Shown here: positions 33,785 to 44,170 of the stretch, one piece after another
How positions within the stretch are numbered: the first letter of the stretch is position 1
Layout: each line of letters opens with the position of its first letter
DNA from: Anaerolineae bacterium
GTDB taxonomy: Bacteria; Chloroflexota; Anaerolineae; B4-G1; DUEL01
Direction: 5' to 3'
Length of the DNA: 64,000 bases
NCBI GenBank assembly: GCA_041082215.1
Contig: JBDOIF010000049.1
Coordinates: forward strand, 1-64,000
Position numbers and translations under genes: made by a program
Notes under the pieces: model-generated
What the model saw: the letters and a program-made list of their open reading frames with translations, nothing else
Told to the model about the DNA's origin: nothing
The model's database searches: none

Positions 33785-34628
33785 ATTTCCCCTCCACCTG
33801 CGACGGACCCGCCGATTCCGGCGGCTGCCCGGCACTCTCGACGAACAGCCGCTCGACCGGCCGCCCATCCCCTGCCAGAAGCTCACGGGCCAGCGCCTGG
33901 TAGGCCAGCGCTCCCGGCGATCCGGGGGCATAGCTCAGGATCGGCTCCCCATAGCTGGGCGCCTCGCTCAGCCGCACACTGCGCGGAACAATCGTGTGGA
34001 AGACCCGGTCGCCGAAATGGCGCTGCACCTCCTGGACGACCTGCCGGGCCAGGTTGGTGCGGGGATCGAACATCGTCAGTACCAGCCCCCGCACCCGCAG
34101 TCCCGGGTTCAGCGCCCGACGGACCAGCTCGATGGTTCGGATCAGTTGGGAAAGCCCCTCCAGCGCCAGATACTCGCACTGGACAGGGATGATGACTCCA
34201 TCCTGGGCAGCAGTAAGGGCGTTGATGGTGAGGATGCCCAGGCTGGGGGGACAATCAATCAACACGTAGTCGTACTGGGAGACCACCGGCTCCAGCGCCT
34301 GCTGAAGCCGTCGCTCCCGCGCCAGCATTCCCACCAGCTCCACCGTCGCACCGGCCAGTTGCGCCGAACTGGGCACCAGGTCCAGCCGGACCCGGTTGGT
34401 GAGCCGGATAATCTGCTGCAGGGGGACCTCCCGGACCAGTGCGTCGTAGATCGAAGCGGCCAGCTCCTTCCGCTCCACCCCCAGGCTGGCGGTGGCATTG
34501 GCCTGGGGGTCAATATCCACCAGCAGCACCCGCTGGCCCCAGTGGGCCAGATAGGCGGCCAGGTTGACGGCGGTCGTGGTCTTTCCGACGCCCCCTTTCT
34601 GGTTGGCGAACGCATAGATGGTCGGCAT
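33771..34628 (-). CDS. parA: ParA/Soj ATPase
   Basis: NQKGGVGKTT, DIDPQANAT, IDCPPSLG, PVQCEYLALEG. Confidence 0.96.
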   Translation of the reverse strand: MPTIYAFANQKGGVGKTTTAVNLAAYLAHWGQRVLLVDIDPQANATASLGVERKELAASIYDALVREVPLQQIIRLTNRVRLDLVPSSAQLAGATVELVGMLARERRLQQALEPVVSQYDYVLIDCPPSLGILTINALTAAQDGVIIPVQCEYLALEGLSQLIRTIELVRRALNPGLRVRGLVLTMFDPRTNLARQVVQEVQRHFGDRVFHTIVPRSVRLSEAPSYGEPILSYAPGSPGALAYQALARELLAGDGRPVERLFVESAGQPPESAGPSQVEGKYATP

Positions 34629-34630
34629 CG

Positions 34631-35479
34631 TCACACCTGCGCACACACTGCCTGGCAGTGGGCGATCTCCTCCGCCGTCGGCGTGCCGGAAAGCCCCACC
34701 CGCGTGACAGAGACAGCCGCCACGCAGTTGGCCACCCGGGCCGCCATCTGGGGGGAAGCGCCACGCCGAAGCTCGACGAAGAAGACGGCCGCGAAGACAT
34801 CCCCCGCCCCGGTCGCGTCCACCTCCACCGCCGGAAAGGCGGGGAGGTCCTCCCGCGCCCCCTTCACGTAGAGCGTACAGCCAGCCGCCCCTCGGGTGAG
34901 GACAAGCAGAGGGACCTGCCGGGCCCATCGAGCGACTCGCTCCTCATCCCCGGCCACGTCTTCCTCGCTGAGGACAATGGCGCTGGCGCGGGGGAGGAGG
35001 ATGTCGGCCCCTTCCCACGGCCCGGGCCGCACCTGACCGCTTCCATCCCACCACCGCATCCACCCCTGGGGTGTCAATCCCAGGAATGAACCCGGAAATG
35101 CCCTGGCCAGCGCCGGATCGCATTCCCGCGCCACCGGTCCCAGGTGGATCACGTCGGCCGTCCGCCAGGCGGGAGGGACCATATCGGGGGTCAGCCGGGC
35201 GGCGACTCCCTCCACCGTCTGCAACCGCCCTGTGGCCGTGTACCGGTTTTGGAAGGTCGTCGTTGTCGGTGCCGGCACCCGCAGGACCTCGATGCCGGGC
35301 AGGGCCTCGCTCAGGTCCACCGATGGATCGGCGCTGGTGACCACCCGCACCTGGCACCCCAGCGCCCGGGCGGTGCGGGCAGCGTAGGCGACGGTCCCCC
35401 CCACCCTGAACCGGCCGTCCGGGGTGCGGTCCCGCGTGACGTGGCCAACCACCAGATAGTTCAGGAGAGGTGTGCTCAC
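34631..35479 (-). CDS. PfkB family carbohydrate kinase
   Basis: GGTVAYA, LTRGAAG, VDATGAGDVFAA. Confidence 0.9.
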   Translation of the reverse strand: MSTPLLNYLVVGHVTRDRTPDGRFRVGGTVAYAARTARALGCQVRVVTSADPSVDLSEALPGIEVLRVPAPTTTTFQNRYTATGRLQTVEGVAARLTPDMVPPAWRTADVIHLGPVARECDPALARAFPGSFLGLTPQGWMRWWDGSGQVRPGPWEGADILLPRASAIVLSEEDVAGDEERVARWARQVPLLVLTRGAAGCTLYVKGAREDLPAFPAVEVDATGAGDVFAAVFFVELRRGASPQMAARVANCVAAVSVTRVGLSGTPTAEEIAHCQAVCAQV

Positions 35480-36207
35480 CCCCGTTCCCGCTGCGACTGA
35501 GGAATGATGGTCACTCGACGACGGCGTCCCTCCCCCACGCTCTCGGTGCGAACGTCGGCGCGCTCCCGCAGCGCCAGATGGACGATCCGCCGCTCGTAGG
35601 GCGGCATCGGCTCAAGGGCAACTGCCCGCCCGTCCCTGACCGCCTTCTCGGCCATCCGTTCGGCCAGACGGCGCAGAGTCCGCTCCTGCCGCTGCTTGAA
35701 TCCGTCCACATCCACAATCAGATTGGCCTCATGCGCCAGATAGCGCCCGACAATGAGGCGCACGATCCGCTGCAGGGCTGCCAGCGTCTCCCCTTTGGGG
35801 CCGATCAGGACCTCCACCCCCGGTCCGCGCACGTCGAGAATGAGGGGCTGTTCTTCGCCAGCAGCCGGCTCTGCCCATCTCAGATGAACCTCGGCGGCGG
35901 GAAACTCCATCCGCTCCAGAAGTTCCTTCAGGACCCTGCGGGCCGATTCCGCCAGCTCCTCGGCCCCTGCAGCCTCCGCCGTTTCCACCCCGGCCGCAGC
36001 CGCAGCCTCCGTCGCGGTAGGGGTTGGGGGAGCGACCGGGATGAGGCGGACGGAGGCCGGACGGGCACCGATCCCCAGGATCCCCCGGCTTCCCTCGTCG
36101 AGCACCTCCACTCTGACCTGATCGCGGGCCAGCCCCAGCGCCGCCAGTCCGACAGCGACAGCCTCCTCCACATCCTCGCCGGAGAAGACCAGGCTCTCTT
36201 CGCTCAT
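35476..36207 (-). CDS. jag: Jag/KhpB RNA-binding protein
   Basis: Jag_N (VEEAV..GL..LG...GSRGILGIG), KH LIGPKGETL, R3H ERRIVH. Confidence 0.93.
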   Translation of the reverse strand: MSEESLVFSGEDVEEAVAVGLAALGLARDQVRVEVLDEGSRGILGIGARPASVRLIPVAPPTPTATEAAAAAGVETAEAAGAEELAESARRVLKELLERMEFPAAEVHLRWAEPAAGEEQPLILDVRGPGVEVLIGPKGETLAALQRIVRLIVGRYLAHEANLIVDVDGFKQRQERTLRRLAERMAEKAVRDGRAVALEPMPPYERRIVHLALRERADVRTESVGEGRRRRVTIIPQSQRERG

Positions 36208-36219
36208 GGCCCACACCCC

Positions 36220-36939
36220 CTATTTTTTGGCTTCCCGCCCCGCACTCCCTCGTCGGGTCAGGAAATACTGGAGGATCGTGACCAGGTTGGAGATGATGAA
36301 ATAGATAGAGAGTCCGGAGGCATAGGAGATGGAGATAAAGCCGAACATCAACGGCATCATAATCTGCATCTGCTGGTTCATCGCCGCGGACCGCTCGTCG
36401 GTGGAGGGGGGGGTCAGGATTTTCTGGGAGAGCCAGGAGGTGACCACGACCAGGATCGGCAGGACGAAATACGGGTCTGGCTGCCCCAGGTCCAGCCACA
36501 GAAAGCGGCTCTGCAGAGGGATGAGGCCGACGATGCCGGGAATGAAGGTATAGATGTTCTGGGAGAGCTTCAGGAGTTCCAGCGGGTTCACCGCCAGCAC
36601 CCGGATGATCGCCTGCCAGAGACCGTAGAGGAGGGGGAGCTGGATCAGCAGGGGCAGACATCCCCCCAGTGGATTGATGCCCGCCTTCTGGTAGAGCTTC
36701 ATCTGTTCCTGGGCGAGCTTTTCCCGGTCGTTGGCGTATTTCTTCTGGAGCTTCTGTAGCTCCGGCTGCAACTCCTGCATCCGCTGGGCCGCCTGTTGCT
36801 GCTTGAGGGTGAGCGGGAGAACAGCCAGCCGCACCACGAGGGTGAGGCCGGCGATCGCTATAATTGTCTGCTGCCCCAGGAAACGGTAGAAGAGCAGCAT
36901 CAAATTGACCATCGGACTAAGGACGATCAGGTCCCACAC
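36220..36939 (-). CDS. yidC: YidC/Oxa1 membrane protein insertase (short form, no P1 domain)
   Basis: MQELQPEL..LQKKY, GINPLGGCLPLLIQLP, FLWLDL..PDP; GTG start inferred. Confidence 0.93.
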   Translation of the reverse strand: MWDLIVLSPMVNLMLLFYRFLGQQTIIAIAGLTLVVRLAVLPLTLKQQQAAQRMQELQPELQKLQKKYANDREKLAQEQMKLYQKAGINPLGGCLPLLIQLPLLYGLWQAIIRVLAVNPLELLKLSQNIYTFIPGIVGLIPLQSRFLWLDLGQPDPYFVLPILVVVTSWLSQKILTPPSTDERSAAMNQQMQIMMPLMFGFISISYASGLSIYFIISNLVTILQYFLTRRGSAGREAKK

Positions 36940-36950
36940 AGAACCACCCC

Positions 36951-38294
36951 CTACTGCCCCGCCTGTGCTGGGGGATAGACCCACAGCGAGCGGCCGTTGT
37001 CCATATAGAAAGCCTGAACCCGCGCGTCGGTGTAGATGCGGGAGACATAAGCGACCTCCCCATCGGCGACCAGCGAAGCCGACCGGCCGCTCCCCGGCTG
37101 GGACCAGATGATGAAGCCGTCGGCGGGGTCGAGGCCGTAGAGTCCTCCCCTGTCCCCGGCGACCACCAGTGTCTCCCCATCCCCGCTTATCACCGGTGCC
37201 AGATGGATGGTCTCATCCACCCTGCTCCGCCACAACTCCCGCCCCGTCGCCAGGTCCAGCGCATAGACGTTCCCGTCCACATCGGCTGCATAGATGGCGA
37301 CTCCGTCGGTTGCCGGGGAGCCCCAGAACCAGTTTTCCCCCTCAAACTGCCACACCCGGGTCCCGTCCTCCTGCCGCAGCGCATACAGCGTATGGTCGAA
37401 CGCACCCACGTAGAGCATCTCCCCTGCCGCAAGCGGCGGGCCGGCCAGCGCCCCCCCTGCTTCGAACCGCCACCGCTCCCGCCCCGTCGCCAGGTCCAGC
37501 GCATACAGCCTGTGATCCAGCGAAGCGACATAGACGGTATCGGAGAGGACGAGGGGAGTGGCCCAGACGCGGCCCCCGGTGGCGAAGGGCCGAGGCCAGG
37601 CTGGCGAACCGTCTTCCACACGGAAGGCGTACACATTGCCGTCACTGTTGCCGATGACCAGGACCCCCTCGCCCACCGCCCCCGGCGCGACGAACTCCCC
37701 GCCCGCTTCCCCAAACGACCACAGCTCCTGCCCATCCTCGATGCTCAGAGCACGGAGCATCCCGCGGGAGCGGGCAAACAGCCCCCCACCCCTCCGTTCA
37801 TAGGAGGTAGCGAACAGCACCTCGTGGTCCAGCAGGGAGACGGTGTAAAAGGGGCCGTACTGGCGCAGGTTGGGCTCCGCCGGGAAGGCCCAAAGCTCCT
37901 TTCCCGTCTCAGCGTCCAGCGCACGGACCTGCTCCAGGTCTGCCACGTAGACGACCCCCTCACTGACGACGAGTGTGGTCCAGCTCGTGGGGTTGGTTCC
38001 GCCGCCACAACCGGCGGCGGATGTCGCAAATAGCAGGGCCAGCAGGAGCAGCAGGCGATACAGGCCCTTATCCTGTGGCTCGAGATCGGGCACGGGGTCG
38101 TACCCGCCGGGGTGGAAGGGGTGGCATCGGCCAAGCCGTTTGACGGCCAACCAGCCCCCTCGCAGCAATCCATAACGGGCGATCGCCTGATAGCCGTACT
38201 CGGAACAGGAGGGGTAGAAACGGCAGGTAGGAGGCAGCACCCGAGAAAAGGTCCGCTGCCAGAGGCGGATCAGAAACAGCGCGAGATACTTCAT
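36951..38294 (-). CDS. yidD: YidD fused in frame to a lipobox-like segment and a PQQ-like (BamB-type) beta-propeller
   Basis: [10 protein letters not shown]...[14 protein letters not shown] continues without a stop into [16 protein letters not shown] and repeated YALD..TG.E.W blades. Confidence 0.88.
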   Translation of the reverse strand: MKYLALFLIRLWQRTFSRVLPPTCRFYPSCSEYGYQAIARYGLLRGGWLAVKRLGRCHPFHPGGYDPVPDLEPQDKGLYRLLLLLALLFATSAAGCGGGTNPTSWTTLVVSEGVVYVADLEQVRALDAETGKELWAFPAEPNLRQYGPFYTVSLLDHEVLFATSYERRGGGLFARSRGMLRALSIEDGQELWSFGEAGGEFVAPGAVGEGVLVIGNSDGNVYAFRVEDGSPAWPRPFATGGRVWATPLVLSDTVYVASLDHRLYALDLATGRERWRFEAGGALAGPPLAAGEMLYVGAFDHTLYALRQEDGTRVWQFEGENWFWGSPATDGVAIYAADVDGNVYALDLATGRELWRSRVDETIHLAPVISGDGETLVVAGDRGGLYGLDPADGFIIWSQPGSGRSASLVADGEVAYVSRIYTDARVQAFYMDNGRSLWVYPPAQAGQ

Positions 38295-38653
38295 TCCTGT
38301 TCGCCTTTCTGTGTTGTCAGGCCAGCCCGTTGGACCAGCGAGGCCATCGCTTCCCGCACCTGAGGCTCTTTGACCTGGAGGATCTCCGGCCTGGCGACCA
38401 GCAGGAGGTCCCATCCAGGCTGAAGCCCGGGATGGAGGTGACGGGCCGCCTCACGCAGAAGCCGTTTAGCCCGGTTGCGGGTTACGGCTCTGCCCAGCCG
38501 GCGGCTGGCGGTGATTCCCACCCGGGTGGTATTCAGCCCGTTGGGGCGGGCGACGAGGACGAAGAGGGGATGGGACCAGGATCGGCCCTCCTGCCGCAGC
38601 CGGGCGAAATCGGCCGATCTTCTGAGCCGAAGGCGTCGCTCCATCCCCTCCAT
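38291..38653 (-). CDS. rnpA: Ribonuclease P protein component
   Basis: [33 protein letters not shown]. Confidence 0.95.
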   Translation of the reverse strand: MEGMERRLRLRRSADFARLRQEGRSWSHPLFVLVARPNGLNTTRVGITASRRLGRAVTRNRAKRLLREAARHLHPGLQPGWDLLLVARPEILQVKEPQVREAMASLVQRAGLTTQKGEQE

Positions 38654-38656
38654 CCG

Positions 38657-38857
38657 CTAAGCCCCCCGCCGGGGCCGTTGTGCGCTCTCCTTCCAGTTCC
38701 ACTTTTTGGCCCATTCCCGGTGCACGGTCAGATGGTGGCGGCCCTTTAGCCTTCGTGCCTTCAACACCCGGCGGCCGGTTGAGGTCGCCATCCGTGCCCG
38801 GAAACCGTGGGTCCGCATTCGTTTCCGTTTCCTGGGCTGGTAGGTCTGTTTGGGCAT
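38657..38857 (-). CDS. rpmH: 50S ribosomal protein L34 (with C-terminal extension)
   Basis: [31 protein letters not shown]. Confidence 0.96.
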   Translation of the reverse strand: MPKQTYQPRKRKRMRTHGFRARMATSTGRRVLKARRLKGRHHLTVHREWAKKWNWKESAQRPRRGA

Positions 38858-38919
38858 CGCTCACTTCCCATACAAAATTGGCTCTCCGCGGAGACGCTCC
38901 TCTGCGGAGAAGCCAGCGT

Positions 38920-38948
38920 ATTATACCGCAGGGGGAGGAAGCGGTCAA
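38920..38948 (-). promoter_or_regulatory. sigma70-type promoter of rpmH operon
   Basis: TTGACC-17-TATAAT on minus strand. Confidence 0.8.
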
Positions 38949-38949
38949 G

Positions 38950-41418
38950 TTAGGAAGGTGTAGGACAAGCTAAAGCTTGTCCTACATTCATCTTATGCAA
39001 CCTGATCTCCCCGTCCTCGACGTCCACCCACACCGTGTCGCCCGGTGCGAAGCGGCCTGCCAGCACGGCGTCGGAGAGGAGGTCCTCCACACGGTTCTGG
39101 ATCACCCGGCGCAGGGGGCGGGCCCCGTATTCCGGCGAATACCCTTCCCGGGCCAGCAATTCCCGCGCTGCCGGAGAGACCTCCAGCCTGAGGTCCTGCT
39201 CGGCGAGCCGCCCGGCCACCTTCGCCAGCTCCAGCTCCACAATCCGGGCGATCTGATCCGGCCCCAGCGGGCGGAAGACGACCACCGCATCCAGCCGGTT
39301 GAGAAACTCCGGGCGGAAGGTCCGCTTCAGCTCCTCCCGGAGTCGCTGGCTCATCTCTTTATACTCCTGTTCCGCCTCCTGCGCCTGATCGGAGGGGAGG
39401 GCAAACCCCAGACCACCCCGCCGGATCGTCTCGGCGCCGATGTTGGAGGTCATGATCACAATTGTATTGCGGAAGTCCACCCGTCGCCCGCGTGCGTCGG
39501 AGAGGTTGCCTTCCTCCATGATCTGGAGCAGGATATTGAAGACCTCGGGGTGGGCCTTCTCCACCTCGTCGAAGACGACGATGGAAAAGGGGCGGCGGCG
39601 AACCGCTTCGGTAAGCTGCCCCGCGTCCTCATACCCCACATAGCCCGGCGGCGCACCGACCAGGCGGGCGGTGGTGTGTCGTTCCATGAACTCCGACATA
39701 TCGAGCTGGATCAGGGCATCCTCGCTGCCGAAAAGGAAGGCAGCCAGCGCTTTGGTCAGCTCTGTCTTTCCCACGCCCGTGGGGCCGAGGAAAATGAAGG
39801 AGCCGATTGGGCGGCGGGGGTCCTTTAACCCTGCCCGGGCCCGTCGGATCGCCCGCGCGATGATCTCGATCGCCTCATCCTGCCCCACGATCCGTTTCCG
39901 GAGCTCATCTTCTATGTGCAAAAGCCGCTCGGTCTCCTCCGTTGCCAGCTGGGCCAGAGGGATCCCCGTCCACATCGAGACCACCTCGGCCACATCCTGG
40001 GGTCCCACAGTGGCGCTCTCCCCCTGGTCCCACGCCGCTCGCAGCGCCTCGATCTCTCTTTCCAGCTCCTGCAGCCGCTCCCGCAGCTTCCGGGCTTCCC
40101 CGAACCGCTCCTCCCGCACCATCTCGTTGACCTGTCGCTCCAGTTCACGCCGCTCGGCGTGCTTTTCCCGCAGTCGGAGCGCCTCAGGCGCTTTGTACAT
40201 CCGCACGCGGGAGGCGGCTTCGTCAATCAGGTCAATCGCCTTATCCGGCAGGTACCGGTCGGAGATATAGCGGGCGGAGAGGCGGGCGGCTGCCACCAGC
40301 GCCTCGTCGGCGATACGCAGCCGGTGGTGCTCCTCGTAGAGGGGGGCCAATCCGCGCAGGATCTCGACCGTCTGTTCGACCGTAGGCTCTTCGATGACGA
40401 TGGGCTGGAACCTCCGCTCCAGCGCGGCGTCGGACTCGATGTGGCGGCGGTATTCGTCGAGGGTGGTGGCGCCGATGCACTGGAGTTCCCCTCGCGCGAG
40501 GGCTGGCTTGAGGATGTTGGCCGCATCCACTGAGGAGCCGGCCGCGCCAGCCCCTACCAGCATATGCATCTCGTCTATGAAGAGGATGGACTCGCTCTGT
40601 TTCAGCTCATCCAGGACCTTTTTCAGCCGCTCCTCAAACTGCCCCCGGTACATTGTGCCGGCCACAAGCGACCCCACGTCGAGCTGGAGGACACGCTTCC
40701 CCAGGAGGACCGAGGGGGCATCGCCCGCCACGATCCGCTGGGCCAGCCCTTCCACAATGGCGGTCTTTCCCACCCCTGGCTCGCCGATCAGCGCCGGGTT
40801 GTTTTTGGTCCGGCGGGCCAGTATCTGGATGACCCGCTCGATCTCCGTCTCCCGGCCGATGACGGGGTCCAGCTTTCCCTCTCCGGCCAGCGCGGTCAGG
40901 TCCACGGCCAGCCGATCCACCAGCGGAGTACGGTGGGAGCGGCGGAGGGGCTGAGGCCGGTCCACAGTAACAGGCCGCCCTTCCAGCGAGCGGGCGGCTT
41001 CGCTGCGGAGCAGTTCGATGTTGATCCCCAGATACCGCAGGATGTCGGCGGCCATGCCCCTCTGCTCACGGGCCAGGGCGATCAGGATATGCTCGGTATC
41101 CACCTTGGGGTCGCCCCGCTGGCGGGCCTCGTCCACCGCCAGTTGGATAACCCGTTTGGTGCTCTCGGTGAGCACCGGGCGGGCCGCGCCGGGCAGCCGC
41201 TCCTCGGCGTTGATGCGGAGGATGAACTGCCGCACCTGCTCCTCATCCAGCCCCAGGCGACGAAGGACCCTGGCGGCCCCGCCCTCTCCCGTCTGGATCA
41301 GCGCCAGCAGCAGATGTTCGGTCCCGATGTGCAGATGGCGCATCTGGCGGGCCGCCTCCTCCGCCATCCGCAGGGCCTTTCCGGCCTCCGGGGTAAATCG
41401 CTCCCAGTTACTTTCCAT
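38950..41418 (-). CDS. clpC: ATP-dependent Clp protease ATP-binding subunit ClpC
   Basis: Double Clp_[12 protein letters not shown]-like coiled coil, [15 protein letters not shown]. Confidence 0.95.
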   Translation of the reverse strand: MESNWERFTPEAGKALRMAEEAARQMRHLHIGTEHLLLALIQTGEGGAARVLRRLGLDEEQVRQFILRINAEERLPGAARPVLTESTKRVIQLAVDEARQRGDPKVDTEHILIALAREQRGMAADILRYLGINIELLRSEAARSLEGRPVTVDRPQPLRRSHRTPLVDRLAVDLTALAGEGKLDPVIGRETEIERVIQILARRTKNNPALIGEPGVGKTAIVEGLAQRIVAGDAPSVLLGKRVLQLDVGSLVAGTMYRGQFEERLKKVLDELKQSESILFIDEMHMLVGAGAAGSSVDAANILKPALARGELQCIGATTLDEYRRHIESDAALERRFQPIVIEEPTVEQTVEILRGLAPLYEEHHRLRIADEALVAAARLSARYISDRYLPDKAIDLIDEAASRVRMYKAPEALRLREKHAERRELERQVNEMVREERFGEARKLRERLQELEREIEALRAAWDQGESATVGPQDVAEVVSMWTGIPLAQLATEETERLLHIEDELRKRIVGQDEAIEIIARAIRRARAGLKDPRRPIGSFIFLGPTGVGKTELTKALAAFLFGSEDALIQLDMSEFMERHTTARLVGAPPGYVGYEDAGQLTEAVRRRPFSIVVFDEVEKAHPEVFNILLQIMEEGNLSDARGRRVDFRNTIVIMTSNIGAETIRRGGLGFALPSDQAQEAEQEYKEMSQRLREELKRTFRPEFLNRLDAVVVFRPLGPDQIARIVELELAKVAGRLAEQDLRLEVSPAARELLAREGYSPEYGARPLRRVIQNRVEDLLSDAVLAGRFAPGDTVWVDVEDGEIRLHKMNVGQALACPTPS
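38959..38986. repeat. Perfect 13-2-13 palindrome TGTAGGACAAGCT-AA-AGCTTGTCCTACA (REP-like) inside the clpC 3' end
   Basis: Direct reading; same arms at 8150 and 8349. Confidence 0.85.
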
Positions 41419-41449
41419 ATCCTACCATTCCCAGCGCCCCATAGAGTTG

Positions 41450-42688
41450 CTACTCCTGGAGCAGCCCGCTCAGCGCCGAAGCCGCCGGCCCATCGGACAC
41501 CAGTCGTTGTGTCACGGTCCGTTCGGCATGCCAATCCTCGACGGCCTCCTCCCCACCGGCCTGCTTCAAACTGAGCGCCAGCCGATGCCGTTCCGGCTCC
41601 ACCCGTACCACGCGCAACGTGACCACCTGCCCCGGCTGCACGACCTCCTTCGGGTGTGCCACATGGCCATCGTTCAGCTCAGAGACGTGGATCAGCCCCT
41701 CAATGGCCTCATCTCCCACAATACAGGCGAAAGCCCCCCACTTGGCAAGCCGGGTGATCCGTCCTTCTACCAGTTGCCCCACCTGGTATCGCTCCCCCAC
41801 CGTCGTCCAGGGGTCCGGCTCCAGGCGCTTCATGCTCAGCGCGACCCGGCGCCGTTCCCGGTCCAGGCTGAGGACGACGACCTCCACCTCCTGCCCGACC
41901 TGCAGCACCTCGCTGGGGTGATCCACCCGCCTCCAGGAGATCTCGGAGAGATGGACCAGCCCGTCCACGCCGTCCAGGTCAATAAAGGCGCCGAAGTCAA
42001 CCAGATTGCTGACCCGCCCCCGGACCACCTCCCCCTCTCGCAGGGAATCCAGCCGTTCTGCCTGTTGCGATTCCTTATCCCGAGTCTCGGCTGCCCGTTC
42101 GGAGAGGATCAACCGATTGCGCTCCGGGTCCGCCTCGATGATCCGCAGTTGCAGCCGATCGCCCACCATCTGGGTCAGCACCCTGGCACAGGCAGGGTCG
42201 GACATGCGGGGGATGGAGCGGGAGCGGGAGAGCTGAGAGGCGGGCACAAAGCCCCGCAACCGCCCCAGATGGACGATCAACCCGCCCCGGTTGGCTGAAA
42301 CCACCTCCAGTTCGACGATCTCCTTTTTCTCCAGCAGGGAGTGGGCCAGTTCCCAATCCGCCGCCGACTGCGCCCGGGCCAGGGAAAGGACGATCTCACC
42401 GCATGGCCCCTCGGGGTTGACCACATAGACCATCACCCGGCTCCCCGGCTTCAGCCTGGCAAGCGTTTCTTCATCCAGCCGCTCCAACTCCCGGCCACTG
42501 ACCGTTCCCTCGCACTTGGCCCCCACGTCTATGATGATCGCTTCTGGGGATATACGGATCACCGTTCCCTGGACAATCTGCCCCCGTTCGAGACGGGTGT
42601 CGGGTAAATACTCTTCCAGGAGCTGCGCCAGCGAATCGGCCTCCGTTGCATGGTGTGGGGCGGACACCTGGTACGGGTCGTCGTTCAT
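41450..42688 (-). CDS. rpsA: 30S ribosomal protein S1 / S1-domain protein (4 S1 domains)
   Basis: ANRGGL..GFVPASQL, DFGAFIDL.GVDGLVHLSEISW, EGLIHVSEL. Confidence 0.88.
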   Translation of the reverse strand: MNDDPYQVSAPHHATEADSLAQLLEEYLPDTRLERGQIVQGTVIRISPEAIIIDVGAKCEGTVSGRELERLDEETLARLKPGSRVMVYVVNPEGPCGEIVLSLARAQSAADWELAHSLLEKKEIVELEVVSANRGGLIVHLGRLRGFVPASQLSRSRSIPRMSDPACARVLTQMVGDRLQLRIIEADPERNRLILSERAAETRDKESQQAERLDSLREGEVVRGRVSNLVDFGAFIDLDGVDGLVHLSEISWRRVDHPSEVLQVGQEVEVVVLSLDRERRRVALSMKRLEPDPWTTVGERYQVGQLVEGRITRLAKWGAFACIVGDEAIEGLIHVSELNDGHVAHPKEVVQPGQVVTLRVVRVEPERHRLALSLKQAGGEEAVEDWHAERTVTQRLVSDGPAASALSGLLQE

Positions 42689-42769
42689 TCATTTCCTCCG
42701 GGAGAGAGGTATCCGGACATTTGTTATTATATCGGTTTCCGGTCAAACGGCAACTCCCCACCTCCGGTG

Positions 42770-42961
42770 AAGTGTATTTCAGTTCGGGGGCAAGATGTCC
42801 CCCGCCCGGACCGGACCTGGGGAAACACGAATGGCGCGAATGGAAACGAATAGCGCGAATGAGGCAGGGACCCCTCCCGTTCGCGGTATTCGGGCCATTC
42901 GTGGGATTCGCGATCCACCGGCGAGCGGGAGGACCACCCGCCCCGAAATTGAAATACGCCC
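42770..42961 (+). mobile_element. MITE copy 1 (192 bp)
   Basis: Ends AAGTGTATTTCAGTT / AATTGAAATACGCCC; homologous to copies 2-4. Confidence 0.85.
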
Positions 42962-42977
42962 CCCCGAAGACCCCCGC

Positions 42978-43006
42978 TTGCATTTCACCAACTTCCATGT
43001 TACATT
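42978..43006 (+). promoter_or_regulatory. Putative promoter of response regulator operon
   Basis: TTGCAT-17-TACATT with extended TG. Confidence 0.5.
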
Positions 43007-43024
43007 TACCCCAAGGGTGGGAAA

Positions 43025-44167
43025 ATGGCCAAGCTCCTGATCGTGGACGATGATCTGGAAAGCCTGAAGCTGATCGGGCTGATGCTTCAGGGCCGGGGCT
43101 ATCAGATCTCCGCCGCTCAGAGCGGGCTCCAGGCCCTCAGCAAGGCGGTGGACGAGCGTCCTGACCTGGTGATCCTGGACGTGATGATGCCCGGAATGGA
43201 CGGGCTGGAGGTCTGCCGCCGGCTGCGGGCAGACCCCCGCACCGCCGACATCCCCGTCATCATGTTCTCCGCCAAGTCCGATGTGGAGGCAAAGGTCGCC
43301 GGGTTTGAGGCCGGGGCCGACGAGTACCTGACCAAGCCTATCCACCCGGCAGAGCTTGTGACCCGCGTGGAGGCGCTCCTTGCCCGAGCCGCCCGCATGG
43401 GGAAAAAGACCGGTCCCCTGCTCCGGGCCAAGACGATCGGCTTCATCGGCTGCAAAGGGGGAGTGGGCACCACGACGGTGGCCGCCAACATCGCGGTCGC
43501 ACTGGCCCAGGGGCGGGCGGCCGGGCAGAAGGTGATGCTGATCGAGTTCGCAACCGGCTCGTCGACGCTGGCCCTTCAACTCGGACTGGCCGCGCAGAAA
43601 GGGCTTCAGGCGCTGCTCGAACGATCTGCAGACTCCCTGACCGCAGAGGCGGTCCTGGCCCATATGAACCGCCACAGCTCCGGTGTGATGGTCCTGGGTG
43701 GCCCGCCGGAGCCGGCCGGCGCTCTCCCCCCCATAGAAGCGGAAGTCGCCGAAACCATCATGCAGAACCTCGGCAATGTGGCCGACTACCTGTTGATTGA
43801 TATGGGCACCGGCCTGGGCGAGGTCAACCGGGCACTGCTACAGATGATCCAGCACGTGCTGGTCGTGCTGGAGCCGCAGCGTCTGGCCATGCACCTGGCT
43901 CAGGCCCTCCTGGCCCGGCTGGACGAGCTGGAGATCGGGCGCCACCGGGTGGGCATCGTGCTCGTCCACAAAGCCCCCTCGGCTACAACTCTGACCAAAG
44001 AAGTGGTGCAGGGGCTCCTGCAACGGGAGGTGATCGGAGTGGTCCCACCGGCCCCCGAGCTGGCCTTCCAGGCCGCCGAACAGGGGACCCCGATGGTGAT
44101 GCTTCCGGTCCAGAGCCTGGTCGCAACCCAGCTCCGCCAACTGGCCGAGGCGGTGGCATCCCTCTGA
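43025..44167 (+). CDS. Response regulator receiver + CpaE/MinD-like ATPase domain
   Basis: LIVDDD, LDVMMP, YLTKP; GCKGGVGTTT deviant Walker A. Confidence 0.88.
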   Translation: MAKLLIVDDDLESLKLIGLMLQGRGYQISAAQSGLQALSKAVDERPDLVILDVMMPGMDGLEVCRRLRADPRTADIPVIMFSAKSDVEAKVAGFEAGADEYLTKPIHPAELVTRVEALLARAARMGKKTGPLLRAKTIGFIGCKGGVGTTTVAANIAVALAQGRAAGQKVMLIEFATGSSTLALQLGLAAQKGLQALLERSADSLTAEAVLAHMNRHSSGVMVLGGPPEPAGALPPIEAEVAETIMQNLGNVADYLLIDMGTGLGEVNRALLQMIQHVLVVLEPQRLAMHLAQALLARLDELEIGRHRVGIVLVHKAPSATTLTKEVVQGLLQREVIGVVPPAPELAFQAAEQGTPMVMLPVQSLVATQLRQLAEAVASL

Positions 44168-44170
44168 AGC

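Noticed and set aside
42646..43053. Small ORFs resembling those at 53344-53544 and 55736-56003
   Set aside because: Translations of the MITE copies, not a protein family
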